Of a stretch of 19,451 nt of DNA, positions 7,278-16,380 are shown one piece after another. A program made the position numbers and the translations under genes. A model generated the notes under the pieces. It searched no databases, was not told where the DNA came from, and saw only the letters and a list, made by a program, of their open reading frames with translations. How positions within the stretch are numbered: position 1 is the first letter of the stretch; the number at the start of each line of letters is the position of its first letter. Origin of the DNA: Candidatus Hydrogenedentota bacterium (GTDB lineage: Bacteria; Hydrogenedentota; Hydrogenedentia; Hydrogenedentales; SLHB01); NCBI GenBank assembly GCA_034408725.1, contig JAWXCN010000047.1:1-19451 (forward strand), read 5' to 3'.

Positions 7278-8261
7278 TTAAAGGAATGGAAGAATTTCCT
7301 CGAAATTGGCAACGTATCCGGTGCATAAGGCTTTGGCGCCGCTTTCGATAATGTTTCCACCGGCGAAACCGATTGGCGCGAATCCCGCCAGGCGTATCGA
7401 GCACACGCCCGCGCCGCTGTCTTCAATTCCAATCACGCTGTGCCTATCTTTAAAATCAATGCCAAGCCCCACACGCGCGGTCTCGGCATACAACCACGGG
7501 TGCGGCTTGGGCGACAACTCCCCCAACGTGCCCACTTCGCCTTTGCGCACCGCGTAACCCGCGGTGATGATCGCATCATAGAAATCCTTCGGATCACCCA
7601 TGCCCAGCGCATCAAACGCGGACACAATCTCCGGCCACGCCTTCTGATACAACCCCGAAGTGACCAGCCCAATTTTGATGCCACGCGATTTCAGTTCCAG
7701 GAGGAAGTCTTTCAAACCCTCGACCGGCGTGAACGCCCCGGCCTTACCGTGCCCCTCGAGTATGGCCTGCATCTCGCGTTCAGTGTGCTGAAAATAATGC
7801 TGGCGCGCCGTCTCCACCGTTTTATCCGGACAATATTTTCCTATGCAATACTGCAAATGTTCAGATACGCTGTGGCCGGACACGTGCGGCAGGTCTCCGT
7901 CTTCCAGTTCAAACTTCGGATTGCCCAGCACGCTCGCGATACTGCACTGGATAATCCAAATCCAGAACGCCTCGCTCCGCACGCTCGTGCCATCAAGGTC
8001 CATCAGCACCGCCCGCACCGGCCGATCAATCCGCACGGGATGCACGGGGTAATACGCCGGATACCCCATCGAGGAAGTAACATACGCAAGCGTCTTTTCC
8101 TCAAGCGCAATAAACTCGACCTTGCGGTCCCCGGTAGCGGCGATTGCCTGCACTCCGGCTTTACCGACGACAAATGCGTCGTTGGAGGTCTGCTCTAAAA
8201 AATGAAATCCATCTGTGGGAGAAAACCGACCGAGGTTAGGAAACAAAAACGTTAAAATCAC
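7278..8261 (-). CDS. HAD-superfamily hydrolase (beta-PGM-like core) with N-terminal extension
   Basis: Motif I DLDGT, motif II VTSG, motif III PKPHP, motif IV EDSGAG. GTG start at 8261 after AAAGGAGAGG SD. Confidence 0.88.
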   Translation of the reverse strand: MILTFLFPNLGRFSPTDGFHFLEQTSNDAFVVGKAGVQAIAATGDRKVEFIALEEKTLAYVTSSMGYPAYYPVHPVRIDRPVRAVLMDLDGTSVRSEAFWIWIIQCSIASVLGNPKFELEDGDLPHVSGHSVSEHLQYCIGKYCPDKTVETARQHYFQHTEREMQAILEGHGKAGAFTPVEGLKDFLLELKSRGIKIGLVTSGLYQKAWPEIVSAFDALGMGDPKDFYDAIITAGYAVRKGEVGTLGELSPKPHPWLYAETARVGLGIDFKDRHSVIGIEDSGAGVCSIRLAGFAPIGFAGGNIIESGAKALCTGYVANFEEILPFL

Positions 8262-8320
8262 TAAGCCTCTCCTTTGCAAGCCTCCATAGCAATTGCAAGA
8301 GAATAACAAAATCCTAGCAT

Positions 8321-8349
8321 TCCCCCGTGTTCCCCGTGTCCCCGTGGTT
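8321..8349 (-). repeat. Solo arm of the AACCAC-GRRG family (AACCACGGGGACACGGGGAACACGGGGGA)
   Basis: Same CAC-GRRG triple spacing as the arms at 3652 and 7135; lies in the divergent HAD/ALDH intergenic region. Confidence 0.8.
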
Positions 8350-8474
8350 AAATTGATTCGATTGGCCCTCCGTCTCCCGTTGCGCTATGATGATCCCGGA
8401 GTCCATGGTGCAAAAGTCCGGCGCAACGCCGGGGTGGAACCTGATTGGCGGGCTGCCGCCGTAGGAGATTTCCG

Positions 8475-9986
8475 ATGGCTACCGTATCTGCTCCGTCCCT
8501 TCCGAATGTGCTTCCTTCCGTCAAATCGTTCGTAGCGGAAAAACGCCCGATGCTTATCAACGGCAAATGGGTGCAGGCCACGTCGGGCAAGACGTTCGAG
8601 GTATACAACCCCGCGACCGGCGAAATCCTTGCCCATGTCGCGTCCGGCGACAAAGCCGACATCGACGCCGCGGTAAAAGCCGCGCGCGCCGCATTCGAGA
8701 CAGGGCCGTGGTCCACGATGACGCCGTCGGACCGCGGTAAACTCATCTGGAAGCTCGGCGATCTAATCGAGCAGCACCTGGAAGAATTTGCGCAACTCGA
8801 AAGTCTCGACAATGGCAAGCCACTCACCGTAGCGCGCGTGGCGGATGTGCCGCTCGCCGCCGATCTGTTCCGATACATGGCGGGATGGGCGACGAAGATT
8901 GAGGGTAATACTATCCCCATTTCCGTGCCCTATGCACCGGGCGCTAAGTTCTTCGCGTACACCGTCCGCGAACCCGTCGGCGTCGTCGGCCAGATTATCC
9001 CCTGGAATTTCCCACTGCTCATGGCCGCGTGGAAACTCGGTCCAGCGCTTGCCGCAGGCTGCACCGTCATACTCAAACCCGCCGAGCAAACGCCGCTCTC
9101 CGCATTGTTGCTCGGCAAAATGATCGGCGAGGCAGGATTCCCTGACGGCGTCATCAACATCGTCACCGGCCTCGGCGAGACCGCCGGCGCGGCGCTCGCC
9201 CAACACCCGGGCGTAGACAAGATTGCCTTCACCGGTTCGACTGAGGTCGGCAAACTGATCGTCCAGGCCGCGTCGAAAGACTTGAAGAAAGTCACGCTCG
9301 AACTCGGTGGGAAATCGCCGAATATCGTTTTCGCCGATGCCGACGTCGAACTCGCAATTCAGGGCGCCGCCAACGCGATCTTCTTCAATCACGGCCAGTG
9401 CTGTTGCGCGGGTTCGCGATTGTACGTCGAGCAGGACATCTTCGACGACGTCGTCAATGGCGTAGCGCACGCCGCGCGAAACATCAAGGTTGGCGCAGGA
9501 TTTGATCCCGAAACGCAGATGGGCCCGCTTGTATCGGAAGAGCAACTCAATCGCGTAGCGGGCTATCTCGACGCCGGCTTCGCCGAAGGCGCGGAAGCGG
9601 TGTGCGGTGGCAAGCGCACAGGAGACGGCGGATATTTCGTCGAGCCCACCGTGTTGGTTAACACGAACCAGAACATGAAGATCGTTCAGGAAGAAATTTT
9701 CGGCCCGGTGGTCACCGCGATGCCGTTCAAAAGTAGCGACGACATCCAGGCCGCGGCCAACGACACCGTCTATGGCCTTGCGGGCGGAATTTGGACCCGC
9801 GACATCTCGAAGGCCCATCGCGCCGCGGCGCAACTTCGCGCGGGCACCGTCTGGGTCAATTGCTACAACGTATTTGACGCCGCGCTCCCCTTCGGCGGAT
9901 ACAAACAGTCGGGTTGGGGCCGCGAAATGGGCCACGACGCATTGGAGAATTACACGGAAACGAAAGCCGTGTGCGTGAGTCTATAA
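8475..9986 (+). CDS. NAD(P)-dependent aldehyde dehydrogenase (DhaS/phenylacetaldehyde DH-like)
   Basis: [20 protein letters not shown], catalytic Glu LELGGKSP, catalytic Cys [30 protein letters not shown] before ATG 8475. Confidence 0.96.
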   Translation: MATVSAPSLPNVLPSVKSFVAEKRPMLINGKWVQATSGKTFEVYNPATGEILAHVASGDKADIDAAVKAARAAFETGPWSTMTPSDRGKLIWKLGDLIEQHLEEFAQLESLDNGKPLTVARVADVPLAADLFRYMAGWATKIEGNTIPISVPYAPGAKFFAYTVREPVGVVGQIIPWNFPLLMAAWKLGPALAAGCTVILKPAEQTPLSALLLGKMIGEAGFPDGVINIVTGLGETAGAALAQHPGVDKIAFTGSTEVGKLIVQAASKDLKKVTLELGGKSPNIVFADADVELAIQGAANAIFFNHGQCCCAGSRLYVEQDIFDDVVNGVAHAARNIKVGAGFDPETQMGPLVSEEQLNRVAGYLDAGFAEGAEAVCGGKRTGDGGYFVEPTVLVNTNQNMKIVQEEIFGPVVTAMPFKSSDDIQAAANDTVYGLAGGIWTRDISKAHRAAAQLRAGTVWVNCYNVFDAALPFGGYKQSGWGREMGHDALENYTETKAVCVSL

Positions 9987-10004
9987 AAATATTCGCCAAA
10001 TACC

Positions 10005-10084
10005 GGGAGGGTCCGCGTCCCCGCGGACTTGTGGCTAATCGAGACTACGGCATGATCTTGGCCCGCGAGGACGCGAGCCCTCCC
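10005..10084. repeat. REP doublet (REPIN-like): GGGAGGGTCCGCGTCCCCGCGGAC ... GCCCGCGAGGACGCGAGCCCTCCC
   Basis: Two 24-nt arms, 20/24 complementary, 32-bp spacer; each arm is itself a hairpin. Confidence 0.85.
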
Positions 10085-10099
10085 AACAAGGACAAATCT

Positions 10100-10876
10100 A
10101 TGAACGACTCACGCGAATCTACGAAGCAAATTTCCCGCCGGCAATTCACCTCCGGCATGGCCGGCTCCATCCTGGCCTACGGCCTGCTGGAATCGTTATG
10201 GACCCAAAACCTTTTCGCAGATACCGTCAAACCCATTGTCGGCCAATGGTTCAGGGACATCTACGATATCGGCGAAGACCTGCACGGGCAAAAATTGAAG
10301 GACACCGAATTCCAGGCGAAATTGGAAGACCTGTACCGGAAGGTCGATCTCAATGGATTGATGCAATACGTGGACCTTTCCAGCATTGAAAGCCGCGTTG
10401 ACCTTCCTGACAACGGCGCGTACAGCGCATCGTTCAACCTCGGCATGGTCGAAGGCCTGCCCGAAAAGCTCAACTTCGGCAAACAAATCTTTTGCATGAA
10501 AAAAGATCGCGCAATCGTCCCGCACGGACACAGCAACATGTGTACCGGATTCATCGTGCTCAAAGGCCAGTTCCGCGGCAAGCACTATGACCGCCTCGAA
10601 ACCGCCGACGATCATTACATCATTAAACCGACCATCGACCAGGATTTCCCCGTCGGGGGTGTGTCCACGATTTCCGATCACAAGGACAACATCCACTGGT
10701 TCCGGTGCGCCTCCGAAGCCGGCTATATCTTCAACGCCCACTTCATTGGCTACGACCCCGACATCACCCTCGCATCTGGCCGGCTTTATCTCGATCCCGA
10801 AGGCGAAAAACTCGACGGCGGCCTCATCAAAGCGCCAAAGATGTCCTCGAAGGAATGCCACGCGAAGTACGGATGA
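10100..10876 (+). CDS. Tat-signal cupin protein, thiol dioxygenase (CDO/ADO/PCO)-like
   Basis: SRRQF twin-arginine motif plus hydrophobic stretch; IVPHGHSNM..FIVLKG and DNIHWF give three His. Start ATG 10100 after AAGGAC. Confidence 0.7.
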   Translation: MNDSRESTKQISRRQFTSGMAGSILAYGLLESLWTQNLFADTVKPIVGQWFRDIYDIGEDLHGQKLKDTEFQAKLEDLYRKVDLNGLMQYVDLSSIESRVDLPDNGAYSASFNLGMVEGLPEKLNFGKQIFCMKKDRAIVPHGHSNMCTGFIVLKGQFRGKHYDRLETADDHYIIKPTIDQDFPVGGVSTISDHKDNIHWFRCASEAGYIFNAHFIGYDPDITLASGRLYLDPEGEKLDGGLIKAPKMSSKECHAKYG

Positions 10877-10961
10877 GGTGAATAAGCCTGAAACCTTTTT
10901 CCGGTCATCCGTATTAAAGCACCAAAGACTTTGGGGTTGGAAAACGACAAAGGAGAAGGCC

Positions 10962-12566
10962 ATGATGCGACGAACAATCGTCGTTGGACTTACCGTATTG
11001 CTCGCCCAAGGGTGTATGTCCGCAAAGACAAGCCCTGTCCAGCCGGCATTGTATTCGATTCCCATGTATACGAAAGCAGATTTCGAGCCTCCGCACCTCA
11101 TTCCAGGCGTGCAGGATGTCGATGCGCCAATGAACACCGAGGCGTACGACCGCATCGTTGATAACCCCTTTCTTGCCGTAAACCAGAATCCGCTATCGAC
11201 GTTTTCGATTGACGTAGATACCGCTTCGTATTCCAATGTTCGCAGGTTCCTGAACATGGGCGATCTTCCGCCAAAGGATGCGGTGCGCATCGAGGAGTTG
11301 ATCAATTACTTCTCCTACAACTACACGGAACCGGACGGTGACGAACCCTTTGCAGTTCAAGCAGAGGTCACCGTGTGCCCGTGGGAACCTTCGCACTACT
11401 TAACACGGATCGGAATCAAAGGCCGTGAACTCTCCGCTGACGCACGTCCCGCGTGCAATCTTGTGTTTCTGCTCGACGTATCAGGCTCGATGGTCGATGA
11501 AAACAAACTTCCGCTGGTGAAACAAGCGCTGGCACGGCTGGTCGAGAATCTTGACGCTCATGATCGAATAGCAATTGTCGTATATGCGGGCGCATCGGGG
11601 CTGGTCCTTCCATCTACGCCGGTAAGCGAGAAAGAAAAGATACTGAAGTCGTTAAACGACCTCGAAGCCGGCGGATCGACCAACGGAGGCGCGGGCATTC
11701 AACTTGCCTATGCCACCGCCGAAGCGAACCTCATTCCTGGCGGAAACAATCGCGTGATACTCGCAACGGATGGCGATTTCAACGTGGGCGTTACCAGTGA
11801 AGGTGCATTGACCTCGCTGATCGAGCAGAAACGCGCCACCGGGATTTACCTGACCGTGCTCGGGTTCGGCATGTGGAACTATAAGGACGCAACGCTGGAA
11901 GCGCTGGCCGATCTCGGTAACGGCAACTACGCGTATATCGACAGTCTGCGGGAAGCGGAGAAAGTCTTTGTGCATCAACTTCCGTCCACGCTATTTACTA
12001 TCGCGAAGGATGTGAAAATCCAGGTCGAGTTCAACCCTGCGCAAATCGCCGGTTACAGGCTCATTGGTTATGAAAATCGGCTGCTCAGGGCCGAGGAATT
12101 CAACGACGATAAAATAGACGCCGGCGAGATTGGCGCGGGGCATACTGTCACTGCGCTGTATGAGTTGGTGCCCGTGGGCGCGCCCGTACCTGCCGGCACG
12201 GTCGATCCCCTGATCTATCAGCAAACACCCGCGCTCTCATCAGTCTCCGCCACGAACGAGCTCATGACCGTAAAACTGCGATACAAGCCATTGGATTCGG
12301 ATGAAAGTAAACTCATCGCATTCGCGGTGCCCGTTCGCGCAACTCCCATCGAACAGGCATCACCGGATCTCCAGTTCGCCGGCGCAGTCGCGCAGTTCGG
12401 CATGCTCCTCCGTGAATCGCCCTATAAGGGCCGCAGCGACTACGACGCGGCATTCACACTTGCAAAAAGCGGCATCGGCGAAGACCCGGAAGGATTTCGT
12501 CAGGAATTCCTCACACTCGTTAAACAGGCGAAAGGAATGAAACGCGATCAAACCGCCAGCCGGTGA
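10962..12566 (+). CDS. YfbK-like VWA-domain lipoprotein (vWF_A N-terminal + VWA + DUF3520-like)
   Basis: Lipobox AQGC, PLSTFSIDVDTASY, MIDAS DVSGS, ILATDGDFNVG, IAKDVKIQVEFNP, YRLIGYENR, DAGEIGAGH. AAAGGAGAAGG SD before ATG 10962. Confidence 0.92.
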   Translation: MMRRTIVVGLTVLLAQGCMSAKTSPVQPALYSIPMYTKADFEPPHLIPGVQDVDAPMNTEAYDRIVDNPFLAVNQNPLSTFSIDVDTASYSNVRRFLNMGDLPPKDAVRIEELINYFSYNYTEPDGDEPFAVQAEVTVCPWEPSHYLTRIGIKGRELSADARPACNLVFLLDVSGSMVDENKLPLVKQALARLVENLDAHDRIAIVVYAGASGLVLPSTPVSEKEKILKSLNDLEAGGSTNGGAGIQLAYATAEANLIPGGNNRVILATDGDFNVGVTSEGALTSLIEQKRATGIYLTVLGFGMWNYKDATLEALADLGNGNYAYIDSLREAEKVFVHQLPSTLFTIAKDVKIQVEFNPAQIAGYRLIGYENRLLRAEEFNDDKIDAGEIGAGHTVTALYELVPVGAPVPAGTVDPLIYQQTPALSSVSATNELMTVKLRYKPLDSDESKLIAFAVPVRATPIEQASPDLQFAGAVAQFGMLLRESPYKGRSDYDAAFTLAKSGIGEDPEGFRQEFLTLVKQAKGMKRDQTASR

Positions 12567-12634
12567 AGTTACCGCTGTCGCGCGGCCGCTCCCGCAGAAC
12601 GCTGGCAGCAGTTCGAAGAGCACGGTGCATTCCG

Positions 12635-13756
12635 ATGCAAACAAATAAATATCATATATACACTAGAGGGTTTCGCGCCGTCCTGACGGTTTTATTCTGT
12701 GTTTCAGTGGCATTCGGGATGCCAGATGTGGTCCAGAAAAATGACCTTGTCTTCATGGCGCTCACAATGTTCCAACACGAGCACGATGCGCTCCCATACG
12801 ATCAGAGGGGTCCAGAATTTGCCCTTTACCCGTTGAAGGCCTATTTTCCCGAGGAACTGAGCGGGCGCACTTCAGAAATGATGTTGAACGAAGCGGTAGA
12901 TCTTAGCTACTACGAGAAGGAACTTCCTTTTGTCTTCGACGATGGCCGGCAGGTTGTACTGTCGGAATTCGAGTACATAAACGAGCCGAAGGCAACAATC
13001 GATCCAGCCGCCCATCAAAGTGTCATCGTTGCAACAAGACTCACACCCAACAATTTAACGAACGTCATGTGTTTTACGTCGACGGGCCAGTTTTACCGCC
13101 TGCGACTTGATCCCGAAAAAGTCGGTTCTTTAGATCGATTGGTTGGCAAGCCGCTTGCGCATGTTGCTGAAATCACAGAGGAAGTCATCGATTTCTGCGC
13201 AGGCGACTATGCGATGTGGCCAATTCCATTTCAACGCGTGGCGGCGGAAGTCAAATCACGAATTGATATAGAACGCCTTGCGTTCGCGTTGGGGAGATAC
13301 CGAAACGTGCATGGAAGCTTCCCGTCTGACGCGCGCGGTCCCGAGTATGCCCTGTATAAACTGAAGGAGTTTGACGTCGGCGCCACATTTGTGGGAGAAC
13401 TTCCGTCCGCACTTCTCTATGAGGAATCCCACCATAAGGTTCTAGACCCACCTTTTAACTATCTGAACGAACCAGTGATGGCGTTGAGTCGGGGAAATGT
13501 TTTCAATTTGCTGGCTGCGGACAAGAAACCTTTTACGCGAGTACACGTCGGCAGCCAGGATTGGCGGACTCGAGCGCGATTCTCGCGGATAATTACAATC
13601 AAAGGCGATGTTTGCACCTACTTTATGGATCGACAAGATGAAGAAGTGGGTTCGTACCTACTGAACCGCTTGGATCCCCGGCTTCAGAGTCCCCTGGATG
13701 GACCGTACATCGGGGGCAGCCACGTCGGATGGTGGAATTATCGTTCGGAATTCTGA
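12635..13756 (+). CDS. Hypothetical exported protein with two internal homologous domains
   Basis: Long ORF, signal-like segment (AVLTVLFCVSVAFG), duplicated RGPE(F/Y)ALYxLK and F.Y.NEP motifs. Start uncertain: GTG 12563 (overlapping the VWA stop) or ATG 12635. Confidence 0.7.
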   Translation: MQTNKYHIYTRGFRAVLTVLFCVSVAFGMPDVVQKNDLVFMALTMFQHEHDALPYDQRGPEFALYPLKAYFPEELSGRTSEMMLNEAVDLSYYEKELPFVFDDGRQVVLSEFEYINEPKATIDPAAHQSVIVATRLTPNNLTNVMCFTSTGQFYRLRLDPEKVGSLDRLVGKPLAHVAEITEEVIDFCAGDYAMWPIPFQRVAAEVKSRIDIERLAFALGRYRNVHGSFPSDARGPEYALYKLKEFDVGATFVGELPSALLYEESHHKVLDPPFNYLNEPVMALSRGNVFNLLAADKKPFTRVHVGSQDWRTRARFSRIITIKGDVCTYFMDRQDEEVGSYLLNRLDPRLQSPLDGPYIGGSHVGWWNYRSEF

Positions 13757-13786
13757 GAAGCGTTTCCCCCACGCTGCTTCATTCGT

Positions 13787-13792
13787 TACAAT
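13787..13792 (+). promoter_or_regulatory. Candidate -10 box TACAAT for a leaderless xseA transcript
   Basis: TACAAT + 7 nt + ATG, with no SD-like purine run before the start. Confidence 0.5.
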
Positions 13793-13799
13793 CCCCACT

Positions 13800-15155
13800 A
13801 TGCCACCCGAAAAACCCACCATACTCTCCGTCAGCCAGCTTACACGGCGGGTGAAGGACCTGCTCGAGACCCAGATCAGCTACATCTGGGTGGCGGGGGA
13901 GATATCGAATTGGCGGGTGTCGCCCGCTGGGCATGCGTATTTCACGTTGAAGGACGCTGACAGCCAGATTGACGCAGTGATGTTTCGCGGGAAGATGATG
14001 AAGCTGCAGTTCCGGCCGGACAGCGGACTCGATGTCGTCGTGTTCGGCATGGTCACGGTGTACGAGAAGCGAGGCAACTACCAGATCATCTGTGACGAGA
14101 TGCACCCGAAAGGCGTCGGCGCGTTGCAGCTTGCGTTCGAGCAATTGAAGCAGAAACTCGGCGAGGAAGGGCTGTTCGACGACGAACACAAAAAACCGCT
14201 GCCGATGCTGCCGCGCCGCATAGGCATTGTTACTTCGCCTACCGGCGCGGCGATTCGCGACATTCTGAACGTGATCAACCGCCGTTTCGCGCACGTTCAC
14301 ATTCTGCTGTATCCCGCGCGGGTGCAGGGCGCGGAGGCCGCGCAGGAAATTGCCGCGGGCATTGCGGCGCTCGACGCGTACGGCGTCGATGTCATGATTG
14401 TCGGGCGCGGCGGGGGTTCACTCGAAGACCTCTGGCCGTTCAACGAAGAAATTGTGGTGCGCGCCATTTACCGCGCGCGAACGCCGATCATCTCCGCCGT
14501 CGGACACGAGATCGATTTTACCTTGTCCGATTTTGTCGCGGACAAACGTGCGCCGACCCCGTCCGCGGCAGCGGAACTGGTCGTGCAGGAATACGAGGCG
14601 CTTTGCGAGCGTATGAATTTGCTGGGTAAACGCATGGCCAAATCTCTGTCGCGTCAACTGGAGCTGGGCAAGTCGAGACTCGCGCTTGCCACGTCCAGCT
14701 ACGTCTTTCGCAGGCCCGAGGAATTGGTGCGACAACGGCGCCAGCAGACGGACGAACTGCGCATGCGCCTCGAATCGCAGCTTCACGATCGCGTGCGGCT
14801 GCTGCGCCGGCGATTGGATCATGCCGCGCGGTCTCTTGTGCTATTGTCGCCGGGGCAACGAGTGCATGCGGCGCGGCTCGCACTGTCGGCCAACAGGCAA
14901 CGGCTTGCGTCGTCCGCGCTCAACGCCGTTGCGCAGGCACGCGCGCGGTTTCATCCGTTGCTTGCACAACTCGACGCGCTCAGTCCGCTTGCCGTATTGT
15001 CGCGCGGCTATGCGCTGGCATGGAAGATGCCGAAGCGCGAGCTAATCCGCGATGTGAAACAATTGTCCCCGAAAGATACACTGCACGTCCGGTTCGGAAA
15101 CGGCAGCGCTTCCGTCACCGTAGATCGCATTCTGGAGGAGCCGACGAATGGCTGA
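13800..15155 (+). CDS. xseA: Exodeoxyribonuclease VII large subunit
   Basis: [82 protein letters not shown]. Confidence 0.97.
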   Translation: MPPEKPTILSVSQLTRRVKDLLETQISYIWVAGEISNWRVSPAGHAYFTLKDADSQIDAVMFRGKMMKLQFRPDSGLDVVVFGMVTVYEKRGNYQIICDEMHPKGVGALQLAFEQLKQKLGEEGLFDDEHKKPLPMLPRRIGIVTSPTGAAIRDILNVINRRFAHVHILLYPARVQGAEAAQEIAAGIAALDAYGVDVMIVGRGGGSLEDLWPFNEEIVVRAIYRARTPIISAVGHEIDFTLSDFVADKRAPTPSAAAELVVQEYEALCERMNLLGKRMAKSLSRQLELGKSRLALATSSYVFRRPEELVRQRRQQTDELRMRLESQLHDRVRLLRRRLDHAARSLVLLSPGQRVHAARLALSANRQRLASSALNAVAQARARFHPLLAQLDALSPLAVLSRGYALAWKMPKRELIRDVKQLSPKDTLHVRFGNGSASVTVDRILEEPTNG

Positions 15156-15456
15156 GCCGAAGTTCGAGAAAGACCTGGAAAAGCTGGAAGAAATCGTGGC
15201 CGCGCTTGAGGAAGGCGAACTTCCGCTCGACGAGGCGCTGAAGCGATTTGAAGACGGCATTAAGCTCGCCAAGCGCTGTGAGAAGGCCCTCGCGGACGCG
15301 GAGAAAAAGATCGAAATCCTTACGAAGAATGCGGAAGGCCAATTGGAAACGCAGCCGTTCGAAGAAGAAGTGCCGGAACCCGGCCCCACGATTCGAAAAC
15401 CAAACACGGATATCTCCGACGAAGCGAGTAAAGACGGCGGCTCGTTGCTCTTTTAG
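15148..15456 (+). CDS. xseB: Exodeoxyribonuclease VII small subunit
   Basis: [36 protein letters not shown]; overlaps the xseA end; acidic C-terminal tail. Confidence 0.95.
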   Translation: MAEPKFEKDLEKLEEIVAALEEGELPLDEALKRFEDGIKLAKRCEKALADAEKKIEILTKNAEGQLETQPFEEEVPEPGPTIRKPNTDISDEASKDGGSLLF

Positions 15457-15482
15457 CGCGGCTGCATAACTTCCCCATTGAC

Positions 15483-15519
15483 AAAAAAATTCTGCCCTCC
15501 GGCCGAACCGAAGGGCAGA
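15483..15519 (-). terminator. Intrinsic terminator downstream of the PEP-CTERM gene
   Basis: Minus strand reads TCTGCCCTTCGGT-TCG-GCCGGAGGGCAGA then ATTTTTTT; between convergent xseB and PEP-CTERM genes. Confidence 0.85.
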
Positions 15520-15544
15520 CTAGAACAAAACTTTAATTGGCTGC

Positions 15545-16210
15545 TTAGCTGCGCATGCGGCGCGCGCGCAGTGCAACTCCGGCCAGACCCATTCCGATGA
15601 GCACGATGGACGCGGGCTCAGGGACGACACCGTCGTTGGTCAGTTGAAACGCCAATTCGGTATTTGTGTTAACCCACGCCGTCGGAAGTTTGGCATGGGC
15701 ATCGCCACCCGTTAACTGCGACAACGACCACACCCAAGACGGATCTGCCGTCGGGTCGCCCTTGCCCTCGAAAGTGACGTCATTTGCTATGGCCAGCCAG
15801 TACGTGGTTCCCGCCGTCAATTCCAGCGGGTCAATATTCATCACGTACTCAAACTCTGGGTATACCCCGCTGTTGTTCGTGCCATTCGCTGTCGTCTGTA
15901 CGGCATTGGTGAACGTATGAAGTGGAGCGGCGCCCGGCTCCCCGCCGTTATCTGCATAGATGAACACAGTAAAATCATCTACCGCTTCGCTGTCGAAGAC
16001 GTTGTAAAAGCCCCACCAGTGAATGTCAGTGATCGTGTTCGCGCCCTCGGCCAATACAAAATTGTCCGCAGCCAGGGATTCATCGCCGTTGCTGGCAAAA
16101 CCACCCAGGGAAATGGTTTCGCCATTGTCGAAAATGATGGCGGCCCCGGCAATCGGGCTCGCCAACATGGCAACACACAAAAGAGAAACTGTTAAAAGTA
16201 GTCGTTGCAT
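15545..16210 (-). CDS. PEP-CTERM sorting-domain surface protein
   Basis: N-terminal signal peptide, acidic beta-rich body, C-terminal VPEP + TM helix + RARRMRS. Confidence 0.92.
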   Translation of the reverse strand: MQRLLLTVSLLCVAMLASPIAGAAIIFDNGETISLGGFASNGDESLAADNFVLAEGANTITDIHWWGFYNVFDSEAVDDFTVFIYADNGGEPGAAPLHTFTNAVQTTANGTNNSGVYPEFEYVMNIDPLELTAGTTYWLAIANDVTFEGKGDPTADPSWVWSLSQLTGGDAHAKLPTAWVNTNTELAFQLTNDGVVPEPASIVLIGMGLAGVALRARRMRS

Positions 16211-16321
16211 AAAAATAAATCCTCACCGTCCGCAGTTCGACATTTCCACCTCAACACGGGGCACCTTGTTGGTACGCTTGCCTCGTAGGGGCAATAACAT
16301 CACATACAACCCATTGTGTTA

Positions 16322-16339
16322 TAGCAAGTTTCAGGCCGA
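16322..16339 (-). promoter_or_regulatory. Sigma54 (-24/-12) promoter for the PEP-CTERM gene
   Basis: Minus strand TCGGCCTGAAACTTGCTA = GG-N10-GC with TTGC; about 110 nt upstream of the ATG. Confidence 0.65.
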
Positions 16340-16367
16340 AATTTGATGAAAAAGCTAACGTGATACC

Positions 16368-16380
16368 CATCAAAGGGTTA
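16368..16380 (+). promoter_or_regulatory. IHF-like site CATCAAAGGGTTA
   Basis: One mismatch to WATCAANNNNTTR, in AT-rich DNA just upstream of the sigma54 box. Confidence 0.45.

Noticed and set aside
7165..7432. Small ORFs across the repeat element (possible GxxExxY remnant)
   Set aside because: They translate repeat arms or alternate HAD frames; no GxxExxY motif found, and the inner spacer is only 45 bp.
8763..9935. 390-aa antisense ORF opposite the aldehyde dehydrogenase
   Set aside because: Typical antisense shadow of a GC-rich, codon-biased gene; no motifs or SD.
10196..11305. 369-aa antisense ORF, and upstream extensions of ORFs 9914.. and 10587..
   Set aside because: They overlap two well-supported plus-strand genes whose SD and signal peptides define starts at 10100 and 10962.
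16211..16312. Possible riboswitch in the PEP-CTERM leader
   Set aside because: Only a small hairpin (TTGCCCC..GAGGCAA); no recognisable c-di-GMP or other aptamer consensus.
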